A stretch of 64,000 nucleotides of DNA from Gekko japonicus (Eukaryota): positions 514,312 to 578,311 of the forward strand of contig NW_015175381.1 of assembly GCF_001447785.1 (NCBI RefSeq), written 5' to 3'. The notes beneath the pieces are model-generated. The model had not been told where the DNA came from, made no database searches, and saw only the letters and a program-made list of their open reading frames with translations. Below are positions 37,131-50,415 of this stretch, piece by piece (positions within the stretch are counted from its first letter, which is position 1; every line of letters begins with the position of its first letter). The position numbers and the translations under genes were made by a program.

Positions 37131-39543
37131 GTCTCTCTCATGGATCACTGCCTTGACGTGGTGAGGGGGCTTGCACGATTCGATGAGGCTGTGAGCTATG
37201 CCGTGAAGAGCCACCCAAGACGGACAGGCCACAGCAGAGAACTCAGACAAAATGTGATCCACTGGAGAAGGAAATGGCAACCCACTCCAGTATCTTTGCC
37301 AAGAAAACCCCATGGACAATAACAAGAGGCGAAAAGATATGACACTGGAAGATGAGCCCCTCAGGTCGGAAGGTGTCCAATATGCTACTGGGGAAGAGCA
37401 GAGGGCAAGTTCAAGTAACCCCAAAAAGAGTGAAGCGGCTGGACCAAAGCCAAAAGGATGCTCAGTTGTAGATGTGTCTGATGGTGAAAGGAAAGACCGA
37501 TGCTGCAAAGAACAATACTGCATAGGAACCTGGAATGTAAGATCTATGAATCAAGGTAATCTTGACGTGGTCAAAAATAAGATGGCAAGACTGAACATCG
37601 ACATCTTAGGAATCAGTGAACTAAAGTGGACAGGAATGGGCGAATTTAACTCAGAAGACCATTATATTTACTACTGTGCCCAAGAATTCCGTAGAAAAAA
37701 CGGTGTGGCCTTTATAGTCAACAAGAGAGTGTGAAAGGCAGTAATCGGATACAATCTCAAAAACGACAGAATGATCTTGGTCTGAATCCAAGGCAAACCA
37801 TTCAACATTACAGTAATCCAAGTCTATGTCCCAACCAGTGATGCAGAAGAGGCTGAAGTGGACCGGTTCTATGAAGACCTATAACACCTTCTAGAACTAA
37901 CGCCAAAAAAAGATGTCCTCATCATCATAGGGGACTGGAATGCTAAAGCAGGAAGTCAAAAGGTAACTGGGATAACAGACAAGTTTGGCCTTGGAGAACA
38001 AAATGAAACCAGGCAAAGGCTAATAGAGTTTTGTCAAGAGAACATGCTGGTCATAGAGAACACCCTCTTCCAACAACCGAAGAGGCAACTCTACACATGA
38101 ACATCACCAGATGGGCAACACCGAAATCAGATTGATTATATCATTTGCAGTCAAAGATGGAGAAGCTCTATACAGTCAGTAAAAACAAGACCTGGAGCTT
38201 TTACACTTAAACTAAAGAAAGTTGGGAAAACCACTAGGTCATTCAGGTTTGACCTAGATCACATTCCTGATGAATATACAGTGGAGGTGATGAATAGTTT
38301 TAAGAGACTAGATTTGATAGACAGAGTACCTGAAGAACTATGTATGGAGGTTTGTGATATTGTACAGGAGGCAGCAATCATCACCATCCCAAAGAAACAG
38401 AAATGCAAGAAAGCAAAGTGGCTGACTGATGAGGCTTTACAAATAGCAGAGGAAAGAAGGAAAGTGAAAGGCAAAGGTGAAAAGGAAAGATTTACCAAAC
38501 TGAATGCAGATTTCCAGAGAACAGCAAGGAGACATAAGGAGGCTTTCCTGAATGAACAATGCAAAGTAATAGAGGAAAACAATAGAATGGGAAGGACTAG
38601 AGATCTCTTCAAGAAAATTGGAGAAATCAAGGGAGCGTTCCATGCAAAGCTGGCCATGATAAAGGACAAAAACGGTAGGGACCTAACAGAAGCAGAAGAG
38701 ATTAGGAAAAGATGGCAAGAATACACAGAAGAACTATACAAGAAAGACCTCGATGTCCTTGACAACCACGACGGTATAATCACTGACCTCGAGCCAGACA
38801 TCCTGGAATGTGAAGTTAAATGGGCCTTAGAAAGCATTGCTAACAACAAAGCTAGTGGAGGTGATGGTATTCCAGCTGAGCTATTCAAAGTCTTAGAAGA
38901 TGATGCTGTTAAAGTTCTGCACTCCATTTGCCAGCAAATTTGGAAAACGCAACAGTGGCCTCAGGATTGGAAAAGGTCAGTATACATTCCAATCCCAAAG
39001 AAGGGCAATGCCAAGGAATGTTCAAACTATCGCACAATTGCACTCATATCACATGCTAGCAAGGTCATGCTCAAGATCCTACAAGCTAGGCTTCAACAGT
39101 ACGTGGATAGAGAACTGCCAGAAGTACAAGCTGGGTTTCGAAGAGGTAGAAGAACTAGAGATCAAATTGCTAATATTCGCTGGATTATGGAGAAAGCAAG
39201 AGAGTACCAGAAAAACATCTACTTCTGCTTCATTGACTATGCTAAAGCCTTTGACTGTGTGGATCACAACAAACTATGGCAAGTCCTTAAAGAGATGGGA
39301 GTACCAGACCACCTCACATGTCTCTTGAGAAACCTGGAGAAGACCCTGATGCTGGGAAAGATTGAAGGAAAAAGAAGAAGGGGACGGCAAAGGATGAGAT
39401 GGTTAGACAGTGTTATCGATGCAACGAACATGTAATTAAGCAAACTCTGGAGCATGACGGAAGACAGGAGGGCCTGGCATGATGTGGTCTATGGGGTTGC
39501 GAAGAGTCGGACTCGACTGTGCAACTGAACAACAACAACAACC
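37131..39543 (+). mobile_element. Full-length RTE-BovB LINE with two internal deletions (dead copy), antisense in the last IGSF5 intron
   Basis: 5' UTR present; APE endonuclease (IGTWNVRSMNQG, LGISELKWTG); RT N-terminal half (NYRTIALISH, FIDYAKAFDCVDH); direct join LLRNL|EKTLMLGK; (CAA)n tail; TSD GATAAAA at 37124-37130 and 39544-39550. Confidence 0.97.
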
Positions 39544-39555
39544 GATAAAAATATC

Positions 39556-39730
39556 AGAGGGTAGCTTTGTTGGTCTGCACTAGAGTAGCTAGATTCAAGT
39601 CCAGTAGCACTTTAGAGACCCACAAGATTTTCAGGGTGTGAACTTTCAAGAGTCAAAGCTGCCTTCATATCTGACAAAGGGTTTTGACTCTCAGAAGTTC
39701 ATACTCCAAAGCTACCAGACTCAAATTTAT
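39556..39730. mobile_element. Penelope-derived short palindromic element
   Basis: ctagattcaagtccagtagcactttagagacc...agagtcaaa / tttgactct inverted arrangement. Relatives at about 59395-59465 and 59745-59835. Confidence 0.6.
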
Positions 39731-41066
39731 CCGATAAAAGTATGTGCCTAATCATAACACATATGATTTTTCGGATCTCCTAGAAATAGCATTGTATTTG
39801 CAAATGGGGGAAAAGTGGCCCCAGGACCTTCAGGAACAGCGTGGGCTGCAGCACAAGGAGGCTACAGTTCAAGAAAATAATCACAGGCCCAGTTAGGGTT
39901 GCCAGTTCCAGGTTGAGAAATTCCTGGGGATTTGGGGGCAGAGCATGCAGAGAACAGCGTAGGGCTGCCAAGAGCTAGCATGGGTCCCTGGACAAATATT
40001 CCACCAAGATTCCCCATATGATCCTGATCTAAACCAAATATCATAACAAAATAAATCACTTGGCTTGCTGTTACCATAAATCTATAGTAATAAAAGAATC
40101 AGCCTGTGTATCCATTTGTGGCAGGCATGACTCATTAGAACATAAAGCTAGGAGGCTCAGAATTGGCCACCAGGTTCAGGATGATTATGGACGTTCCAAG
40201 GCCAAAAATGAAAGTCACAGAAATATCTCCAGACAAGCCACACACACACGTGCTATTTCCAATGGAAGGTAAGGGTCTGTTTGTGGCAGGCACAACTCAT
40301 CAGAAATGCTACATGTACACTGGGTTATGTAGTGGTGCTGGATGGGAAGTACTGGGATCACTGGGCAGTACTGATTTTGCCGACATTATCTAAAAAGATT
40401 ACATTATTTGTCATAAAGCAAAGTTGGCTTTACAAAGGGCTATTAGATGTCCCAAGAACACAAGAATAATAATAACAACCCAGTGCCTGAACTGGGCATT
40501 CTAACTTCTGTTTCACATGGACAACCACTAAAGCAGATTAACATTCGATTACCATGCATGTAAAGGGTGGAGGGAGCATCATTTTACAACTTCGTTAGAT
40601 CATAGAGAAATAGTCTTCATACTGTTAATAACGATTTGCTACTATACTACTATTACTACTATTAAGTACATTCTAAATTGCCAAGCAGGATAGTGATGAG
40701 AAGGAGTTGAGACCAAGACTTCAAAATAAAGAGGAGGGACATGGAAAAATTAGATGGAGATAGAGAGAAATGAAAGCAGATCATGGAAGAGAGCAAAATG
40801 AAGGAGAGAAGTGTGGCAAAAAGAAATTGAAAAAAGAGAGGGAAATGTTTTTAACTTGCTGGGCAGACAAAATGGTAGAGATTGGTACAACAAAGGGAAG
40901 AGGGAAAGGACAGACTGATGGAGACAGACAGTGACCTTTGTTAGCAGGCTGCAGCCTGGCAATTACTGTAGCAGCTATCAGCTGTGCTGGCTTCTCTTGC
41001 CTTGCTCCAATGCTGGCTTGGTTGATGGGCTTAGCATGATCTGTTAGGTAAAGGTTTGCTTCAGGT

Positions 41067-41378
41067 GATAGAGCGAAAGCCAGAAAGCCAGAACGGCCAG
41101 GGCTGCTACGGGCCGCGCGCCAGAAGATCGCGGAGCTGAGAAGACTGGCCTTAGACACCAAGAATGGGACGCCGACCCCAGTGGACCGCTGGGGGAAGAG
41201 AGCCGGGGAACAGCTCACCCACCACCTGGGTGCCGGTAGGCAGCCACACCCCCTGTAAAATATGTGGCCATAGTCTAGGGAATTAACTTGCACTTGCAAC
41301 ATATCTGTAAACCGCTCTGAGACCTCCGGGTCTGAGCGGTATATAAACCGAAATGTAATAATAATAATAATAATAAAG
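41067..41378 (+). mobile_element. CpG-rich L2-type 3' end with (AAT)n tail
   Basis: tgtaaaccgctctgag...gagcggtatataaa followed by aataataat. Confidence 0.6.
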
Positions 41379-44300
41379 TAAGATGAAAGACATTCGGCTG
41401 GATGCAGCATGATGCTAGCTTCAAAGCCCTCCAGCTGACTTGGGTCCCTGGAAATGTTGTCCCCCCAAGTCTCCCCCTCCTCAGTGGCTCTAGGGCAGAG
41501 TTTTGGGAAGGAAGGGGGTTCAACAGGGATGTGATAACAACTCTGAAGCTGCCATTATCTCCAGATCTGTGTAGTCTGGAGATCAATTGTAATTCTGGTA
41601 GAACTCAACCCTCTTGTAAAAGTGGGAGAGCCTTCTGCTCAGATGAGGGCATCTTAGGATCCAGAGACTTTTGGACAACCATTTTGCTCATCAGCAATTT
41701 TCTCATCAGCTTAATAGGTCCATTTACAAGTGTCAGATTTTACTTCCCACTTACTGCTTTAATTTTTCCCTATAATTACTTGCCTAATAATTTTTACGTG
41801 ATGAATTAATTAGGGCAAAGTAAAAATCTTCCTACCTGGCAAACTTAATTAGTGCTGGTTGGTAAAATTGTGGTTTCCTATCCATTAGCACCTGCTTGTA
41901 AAAAAAAAAAAAGAGACACTGCATTTACAAAGCAACTGGGGATCTCCTGTATACCACCTTCTGGAAAGGCAGAATATAATAAATAGTTTAATCACCTAGG
42001 TAGCAATGTAAAGAACCGAAATATGTGTTTAAGCATCCATTTTTATTCCAGAAAATACCTCAAATTCTGTGTCATCATATGTTGACCTTTAGGTACAGAC
42101 ACAAAGGGGGAACCAAAAAACTTGGAAATCCAATGGAAGGTGTTTCGCTAATTTCAGTGTGCCATGAAAATCTAATGTTCTGCTTTGCAGGGCAAATGTA
42201 TAGGAAACAAGTGAATGAGGCAGCATCAATTTTTATGTTACAAAAGCTGTTGTATTTTTTAAAATGTTATAATTCACACAAACTAGATAATTTCTCAAAT
42301 GGAAAAAAATTAAGAGTCAAATTTAATTTATCCATGGCAGAAACAGAATAAATAGAAAAAACAAATAAAAGATGTTCCAAAATAAACATGTTTCTCTTTA
42401 TAGGACAGCCACTGTCATTACATAGAGTGAGCCTCCAGATACCTTGTGGAGGCCTGAGATTTACTGTGTTACTATACAATCAGCTGGGACTTCTTGTTTA
42501 TCTTTTGTTTGTTTTGATTTCCTTTATAGAAGAAACCGAACTCGAGTTGCTTTAGTCTTCGTGCTGGGATGTAATTGCTTTCCCTGGGATACTGGCACTT
42601 TGTGGTGTTGCAGCTGAGTCCAAGATTTGGAGAGTTGACTCTTCTTTTGTTGCATTTTGGGATACTTATGCTGCCTTCTGACAAGCTGGGCTTGTGTCTC
42701 AGACTGCTTAGGCTGGTGAGCTGGCTTTTTAGCACAGGTACGCTGACCACTAGATTGCCCCTTTGGGAAGGACACCTTCCTGGTGTAGTAACATTGGCCA
42801 TTTGATTGCTTGGCTTTGGGGTTCATCTTCCTCCTGTGTTGCCAATGAACTGTGGGTTTCTGAATCTTTGAAGAGATTACTCTGGATTGGTTTTGAGGGA
42901 TCCTCCTGGGCTGATGTACAACGTGCTTTTGTGAGTGCTGATTAAAATGATACAAAGGTGGCACAGGGGAGATGCATTGAAGAGACTGTGATGAATGAGA
43001 AAAATGTGATGAGATCTGTGCAAGAAAAGGAAGCAGAGTATGACAAGCATGTAGGATGCATAATCTGGCGCAGAAATCCAATATTTACAATATCTACATC
43101 AAAGACCCATTAGTGAGTGAACACTAGTGCTAAGATAATTGTAAGCATTGCTGTGGTTCTGGGAATTCTGAGCCATTTCAGGCTGTCACAGCAATGCAAC
43201 AGTATATATTGGCGCTTTCTGCATAGTTTGACACTGGCTACTACTCACCATGGTTAGACAAAACATTTGTTTTTCCAGAGTTAAAACCCTAACCCTTTCA
43301 TTCACATGGCAATTACATTCAGCGGGTGTACAATTTCTGTTCATTTCAGCCTACATTTAGATAAATATGGTCTTCATATTGAATGCCATCCTCAAATTAA
43401 GTGTCTTCTGAAGCTTCAGTACCATTTCCTCTTTCTTATTGGAGTAAATTCATTATTCTATTCTCCATGGACAAGAAAGTAGGTACACTGTTCAGTGTGT
43501 TATTCCACAAGTAGGATGAAACATCTTCACTTCTTCTTCTTCTGTTTCATCTTAGAAGGAGAAGCTTTCAGCCCGAAGACGGAGTAATGAAGTCTTAATC
43601 CCATGTCAATCATTCTAGGGAAGTTAGACCCCATATTTGCTTACTCTTGTAATCAAACAACATTAAACAATGCTTGGGGATCTTCGTCCCTCTGCATTTC
43701 AGGAGATAGTTTTCATGTAACTGGTACTACACTCTCATTGACAGCCTTATGGCTCTGATGTGATGTAGGAAGGATTTCAATAAATAGTGTTATTCAGAAA
43801 CATGGGTAAACGTCATATAAGAAAACCATGCATGAAGTAGTACTGCTCATGCAGAATTCCTTATTTAGTCACATAAGGCCCTTGTCAGGGCATTACATTG
43901 CTTAAGTATATCTTTGAGACTTCATGAAGAAATTTTGTTCATATAATGTATTCTTCTTTTCAGTACTGATGGACGGAATGTCCTATTTTTGCTCCAGAAT
44001 GAAACTCTCATCTGTGGGTTTTGTTTGACTCATGAATCTATTTCCGCTTCCACAAAAATAAGAACCTGACAGGTTCTTCTTAAATTTCAGCTGCTTCAGG
44101 AAGCCTTCCTTAACTTTGTAGGCAGCAGCAAACATACACAGATGTCTCCATCACTGACTTTAGAATGCTATCATGATGGCTTAGATGGTATCTGTGTGTC
44201 TACACAGTGTGATCCGTATCAGGGAAACCTTCTGTGCTTGCAGCAGAACCATGCAGATTGTGACTTGATGCAGTTCTACCATAGACAATAGTATGAAAAC

Positions 44301-44539
44301 ATTCTAGTAGCCACTCTACTTTTCAATATAATATATTGTGTTCAAATAGTAAAGCAGCAAACTACCTGGCAATTGGCATCATACGTTAATGAGATCATAA
44401 AAAACCAACATTAAATGTACTTGAAATATGATTGGTCTGCAAACACTGTGACAGAAAGACCAACATTCAGGTGCATCCAGTCATGCATCAGATAGTGAAT
44501 TTGGCCAACTGAAGGTTCAAGGAAAAAGAAGTAATCTTC

Positions 44540-44771
44540 ACAGGAAGGGTTGCATCAGTGGCCCTTCTTACACTCCCAGGGAAATACTGATCGCCACTTT
44601 GGGGTCAGGAAGTAGTTTCTCTCCAGGCCAGTTTGGCTGGAGATCCTGGAGGTTTTTTGTCATCTTCTGGGTCACTGGAGGTGTCGGGGGAGGTATTTGT
44701 GAATTTCCTGCATTGTGCAGAGGGTTGGACTAGATGACCCTGGAGATCCCTTCCAACGCAATGATTCTATG
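44540..44771 (+). mobile_element. CR1 3' UTR fragment
   Basis: Matches 16560-16830 and ends atgattctatga. Confidence 0.85.
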
Positions 44772-45992
44772 ACATGTGATTATTTCCTTTGTCTTGGAAT
44801 AATCCAGCAAAGGCAGGTCCACACACTGCAAATCTCCAACTGGTTTTAGTTAAGTATGTTTGCAGCACATTGGTATTGTCATAAGTAGCAAAAATGAGGG
44901 TGCCTGTAAATCCATCTGGAGCCTTCTAACTGATATTGGAAGGGTCTTTCTTGGAATGTTGCCAAATAATGCCCTCCTCTCGGATGCTTGCCTTTCAGAT
45001 TTCCTACACTACCCTTGCTAATTATAATCACAGTCAAGGCTGTCTGAGAAAGGTAATTTACCATATAATTTATTGACAGTAACTGACAAATATTAAATTT
45101 GTTAGACTCATATCTGAAGCTGATAGTAGAATTTCTTTTTAAAAAACTCTCCAATAAGTGCTGAACATTTCCAGATTTTTTTAGTGGTATAATTTATCTT
45201 TGAGGCATGTCTTGTTCAGCACTTGGCACTAACATACGTTTAGGTCAGAAGCTATATTGGGAGAGTACTTAACAGACCATAAGATCAATTGCTTGGAAGA
45301 GAATAAGCCTTTTTTGTAATATCCAAAGAAATGTCACAGTTTTCTATTCAAGAACACGTTGTTGCATAAGTAGTACATTTCTTTTCACGGTGACCACTTT
45401 TCAGACCGAGAGGATAATTTTCACAGCCTTGCTCCCAGACTGACGTGAGAAGTGTTGATCCCATCATGCTGTATTCTGCTTGACCCAGAACGTAGTAGGG
45501 TAATCCAGAAGGAAACAGAATGAGAATGTGCTGGACATGGTATGATTACTCACTCCCTCAGCATTCAAATTGGACTGCAACCTAGATCAATTTGACCAAA
45601 CTGAAGATTGATTAGATTTTAAAAGGCTCCAAATACGTCTCAGAGGTTGGAAACAAAACAAAGGAACCAAACTGGATGTTAAACAGAACAAAACTTTGTT
45701 TTAGGCTTTGCAGGAAGGGGGCAGTGCAGTTCAGCAGAAAGGGCTGTGAATCCATGGTAGCAGTTCTGCTTTGCATGTATAAGATCTCAGTTTCAATCCC
45801 TGGCATCTCCAGTTGTTAGGATCAGGTAGTAGGTGATGTGAAAGACCTCTGCTTAAGAGCCTGGAGGCAACTTCATGAGTTCACGTGTATAAACAAGCCA
45901 ACACCTAAACATAAAAACAGAGCTTTGCCCCTATAAACATCACATGCAACTGAAATCAAACTTGTGATTCCCCCCTCCCCAATAATTGAGGC

Positions 45993-46198
45993 CAGTGTTC
46001 CCTCTAAGCTGAGTTAGTGTGAGCTAGCTCACAGTTTTTTAGCCTCCAGCTCACACATTTTTGTCTTAGCTCAGGAAGGATGGCTCCAGAGAAAACTAAT
46101 TTATGCAGTACCCAAATCCCTGGCTCACAACTTTAATGCCAGGAGCTCACAAAGTAGAATTTTTGCTCACAAGACTTCACAGCTTAGAGGGAGCATTG
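45993..46198 (+). mobile_element. 206-bp hAT MITE
   Basis: TIR CAGTGTTCCCTCTAAGCTG, TSD ATTGAGGC / ATTGTGGC. Confidence 0.9.
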
Positions 46199-46311
46199 AT
46201 TGTGGCTATACAGAACTTTTCCAAAATTTCCAAAACATTGAAAAGCATAAGAGGATAAAATACTAATATTTGTACAGTTGTTACTCTTTTTGGGATGCCA
46301 AGGAGAAATGC

Positions 46312-46412
46312 AGTATATAACAACTGTAATCTGTATATGTAATACAGCTGTAAACTGTATATGTAATGTATATGTAATACAACTGTAAACTGTATATGTA
46401 ATATAACAACTG
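46312..46412. repeat. AT-rich minisatellite (about 25-bp unit actgtaaactgtatatgtaatac)
   Basis: Three to four imperfect tandem units. Confidence 0.8.
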
Positions 46413-46602
46413 TCATCATGGTGGTTATGAATAGGCAAAACCGTTATACAACATTTATTCCTGGCCCAGAAACTGGAGTCAGGGTAAACCTGAGGTCATG
46501 AAGACACCTGAAGAAAAATAATATGTTTTTAAAGCTTGATTTACTTGTTGATGAACTACAGAATTGCCAAGATAACACTTCTTGGTAATTTACACCCTCC
46601 TC

Positions 46603-46808
46603 CAATGTTCCCTCTAAGCTGTTGAGTCTTGTGAGCAAAAATTCTACTCTGTGAGCTACCGGCATTAAAGTTGTGAGCAAGAAATTTGGCTGCTGCATAA
46701 ATTAGTTTGCTCTGGAGCCCTCCTTCCTGAGCTAAGACAAAAATGTGTGAGCCGGAAGCTAAAAAACTGTGAGCTAGCTCACACCAACTCAGCTTAGAGG
46801 GGACACTG
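46603..46808 (-). mobile_element. 206-bp hAT MITE, inverted relative to 45993-46198
   Basis: Same TIRs, with an 8-bp TSD CCCTCCTC. Confidence 0.92.
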
Positions 46809-47509
46809 CCCTCCTCTAGTAAAAAGGACCTGAACTTACAGACCAGGTCATTATGAAATTGATCTGCTTAACTCTTTCTGATGCTTTATTGTTCCTACAA
46901 TTGCCTGACTCTTTCAATCCAGAGGCAGCCTTCAGTTGAGATGACTTTGATCTGTTATTTCAACACTAATTGTTCTCAGCTGCAAATCAAACAGACTAAA
47001 AAAGATGACCATTCTAAGAGCCACCATCGACGAACCAACACAGCTAACCTCTTTGCTACCCTGAAAGATAAAGTAATATCAGAAGACTCATTTGTTCATC
47101 AGAACCACAAACAAAGGAAGAAAAACGGGGTTCATGTCACCAAGGTCTGGTGAGTCGCAAGATAATTTTGCTAGCACTGTTGTTCTACTCACTATAACAA
47201 ATAGTGGAGACTCTCTGAGATACCTTAGAATGAAGACAGTAAATAGAAGGGTTTCCGACTGCTTAAGTTCTGAGACCTGAAATCCCTAAAACCAAATATT
47301 GAATGTGTTATATAGGTTCCATATCTAGTCGTTGATATATCTAAGGGTTTTTTTTAAGTTGATAGTGTGGCAGAAGGTTTAAGAGTTTTTTAAAAGCTGG
47401 CATAATGCAAAATATGCAACTAATAATTCTATATAGCAGAAAAAATCCCTCTAAGAAGTGCCAAGACAAGGCATAGGAATGTGCGAGCAAGATATTGGAA
47501 ACCAGTTAT

Positions 47510-48648
47510 CATCAGTGTGGGACCTATTACCCCTGCTTTTCAATCTTTCCATAAAGCCTTTAGGACACATTGTTTGTAGCTTTGGAACTGGTTGTCATCC
47601 ATATACAGGTGATACCCAGCTCTATGTATCCTTACCCAAATCTCCCGGTGATGTGGTAGAGGTTCTTAATAACTGCCTGGCTGCTGTGGTTAACTGGCTA
47701 GAAGTGAACAAACTGAAACTAAACCCTGAAAAGACAGAGGTAATGCTGGTAGGGAAGGCAGAGATCATGAAGATCATTGTGCTTCCCACTATTGATGGAG
47801 TTCAGTCAACTCTTGCTGGCTCAGTTAAGAGCATTGGGGTTACATTGGACCCAACATTATTGTTGAAGAAGCATATTAATGCAGCTGCAAAAAAAAGCTT
47901 TCTCCCAGCTCAGCTGAGTCCATAAGATGGCCCCTTGCCTTGGTATGACTGATCTGGCCACCTGGATTCATGTCACAGTAATGTCAAGACTAGACTACTG
48001 TAATGTACAGAGCATTGGTCTCCATGGCATGGCTGTTATCAGGAGCTAGATGGAGCATGCATAGTACTCCCATTCTGTAGTCACTCCATTAGATGCCTAT
48101 CAGTTACTGGACTCAATTTAAGGTATTGGCTGTCACATACAAAGCCCTTCATGGCCTTGGATCCTCGTATCTGAGGGACTGTCCCAACAGCTTCTCTTAT
48201 CTGAGCAGGGCCTCCTGCAGGTGCCAATCTACAAATGGGCAAAATCAAGCACTGCCTTGTGGAATGGCCTGCCTGAGGAGGTCACGAAGGCTCCCACTCG
48301 CCTGGCTTTCCTTAAATTATGCAAAACTGAACTACTCAAGAGGGCTTTTCTATGCAGGCAAAAAGGTTGCACAGTACAAAATGATTCACAAAGTTACTTG
48401 GATAAATGATTAGGGACTGTGGTCTATAGTACTATGTACAGCTTGCTGTTAAGTAGGTTCCTGCTATGTACATTTCCATCGTGATGTGTCATGTTAATAT
48501 TTATGCATTACGTCAGATTTCTGGTTGGTTCTACAACCCTAATCCCATTGCATTGTTCATTTAATGTCTTGTCATGTTCCTTGTATTGACTACCTCTATG
48601 TAATCCATCCTTGAATCCCAGTGAGAAAGGTAGATAAATAAATAAAAA
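47510..48648 (+). mobile_element. Old L2 LINE 3' portion
   Basis: GCHPYTGDTQLY (decayed YADD), NKLKLNPEKTEVML, FKVLAVTYKALHGLG and a TAAA tail. Confidence 0.9.
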
Positions 48649-48747
48649 TGCTCCTTCACAATGCTGCTTAAAGGGGACCCCACATACAATTTCTCTCCTC
48701 TGATGTGCTGAGAAATTATCTGGAATTGGGGGTGAGCAGAGTAGTGG

Positions 48748-49742
48748 ATGTGTTAGTAGATGATACTAAATTTTTCAGAATCGTGAAAACTAAGGAGGAT
48801 TGTGAAGAGCTACAGGAGGATCTCTTTAAACTGGGTAAGTGGGCAACACCATGGCAAATGAAGTTCACTGTAGATGTCAGGTGATCCACACTGGAGCTAA
48901 AAATCTGCAGTTTAAATATATGCTGTTAGGATCTGAACTGGCCAAGACTGAGAGGGAATCTTGGGGTTGTAGTGGACAGCTTGATGAAAATGTCAATTCA
49001 GTGTGGAGCAGCAATACAAAAGGGGAAACTCCATGCTGGGGATTATTAGGAAATGGATTAATAATAAAACAGCCAGTATTTTAGTGGCCTAGTATGGAGC
49101 TATGGTGCAGCCCCAATGTGGAATACTGTATACAGTTTTGGTTGCCATATCTCAAAAAGGATATTATAGCACTGGAAAAGTACAGGACAGGGCAAGCAGA
49201 ATAATTAAGGGCCTGGAACACTTTTCTTATAAGGAAACGCTAAAGAGTCTGGGACTTTTCAGTTAATGAAAAAAGCAAAGGGGGGGGGAGACATGAGAAG
49301 TGTTTAAAAATTATGCATGGGGTAGAGAAAGTAGTTTTTCTCACTCTCCCATAATACTAGAATTTGGGAGAATCCACTGAGGTTGATAGGCAGTAGGTTG
49401 TGGACAGACAAAAGGAAATACTTCTTTACTTAACAAGTTATATAAATTGTGTGGAATTTACTAGTAGAGGACATAGTGATGGCAAAAAGCAAAGATGGTT
49501 TTTGAATTAGGCAGATTGATGGAGGAGAGGTCCATCAATGGCTGCGAGCCATGAAGATTAAAGGGAACTTCCATATACAGAGGCAGCAAAACGCTGAATA
49601 CCAGTACTAGGAGGCAGCATCAGAGGATGGCCTTAGTTACTATAATCTGTTTGCTGGCTTTCCAGGGCAATGTTTTAACCACTGTGTGATGCTGGACTGG
49701 ATGGACCACTGGTCTGATCCAGGAGGGCTCTTCTTATATTCT
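48748..49742 (+). mobile_element. Old CR1 LINE 3' portion
   Basis: Decayed DDTKFFR...LQEDL..W..WQMKF and a CR1-type 3' terminus. Confidence 0.88.
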
Positions 49743-50415
49743 GCATCCAAGCCAGGCGTCAACTCAAAGTGATGAAATCAGTGGGCTGAACTGGAGGCCA
49801 GAGGACATGAGTTGTGTGTGAGAGTGAAAAAAGGCAAGTGAAATTACTTTGCATTTTATTGTGTGCAACCCTTACTGAAACCCATTATTGAATCACAGAT
49901 TCCTAACCCTAACCCCCCCCCCCAAAAAAAAATTCCAGCTATATACCAGCTTCATGCTTCTGGGTAACGGGTTCTGGCCCATAAAACAGAGCACTCCTTT
50001 TAGTTTTATATTGGAAGGCAGGGTGTGTGGGGGGGAGGTGCGAAGCTGACTTTTCTGTTTGTTGGTGTGGTGAAGGGAGGCATCAATCTGCATGTAGCAT
50101 GGGAAGTAAAACACAAGTTTGCTCAGTTGTATGTCCCATTGGACTAACTGAAACTCATTTGTAAGTAAACTTAAATTCAGAACACCATGCTTAAAATATG
50201 GTACAATTTGACAGTACGTTTTTACAATGCGATATAATTACTTTTCTTAAACTAAAACAATTGTGTATTACGAAAACTGTGTCATCTGTTTTTCACTACA
50301 CTATGGTGGCCACACTCAGCTGTAGTCAGCCCCCTCACCACCCATCCAACATTTTGAGGTGCTACACTGCCTTTGAACACAGACCGTGGTGGTTGGCAAA
50401 CCTATTTCAGACCTG

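Noticed and set aside
38281-39435. 384-aa ORF as a functional or domesticated RT gene
   Set aside because: It is part of a dead BovB copy, lacks the YADD core, and has stops upstream in the endonuclease.
43340-45520. Named pseudogene in complex, coding-like intronic sequence
   Set aside because: Only short broken frames with no recognisable domain. It cannot be assigned without a homology search.
50285-50401. Possible last exon ending SVATIV* (PDZ-like)
   Set aside because: That motif is out of frame with the nearest acceptor. The exon at 32648-32743 is a far better match.
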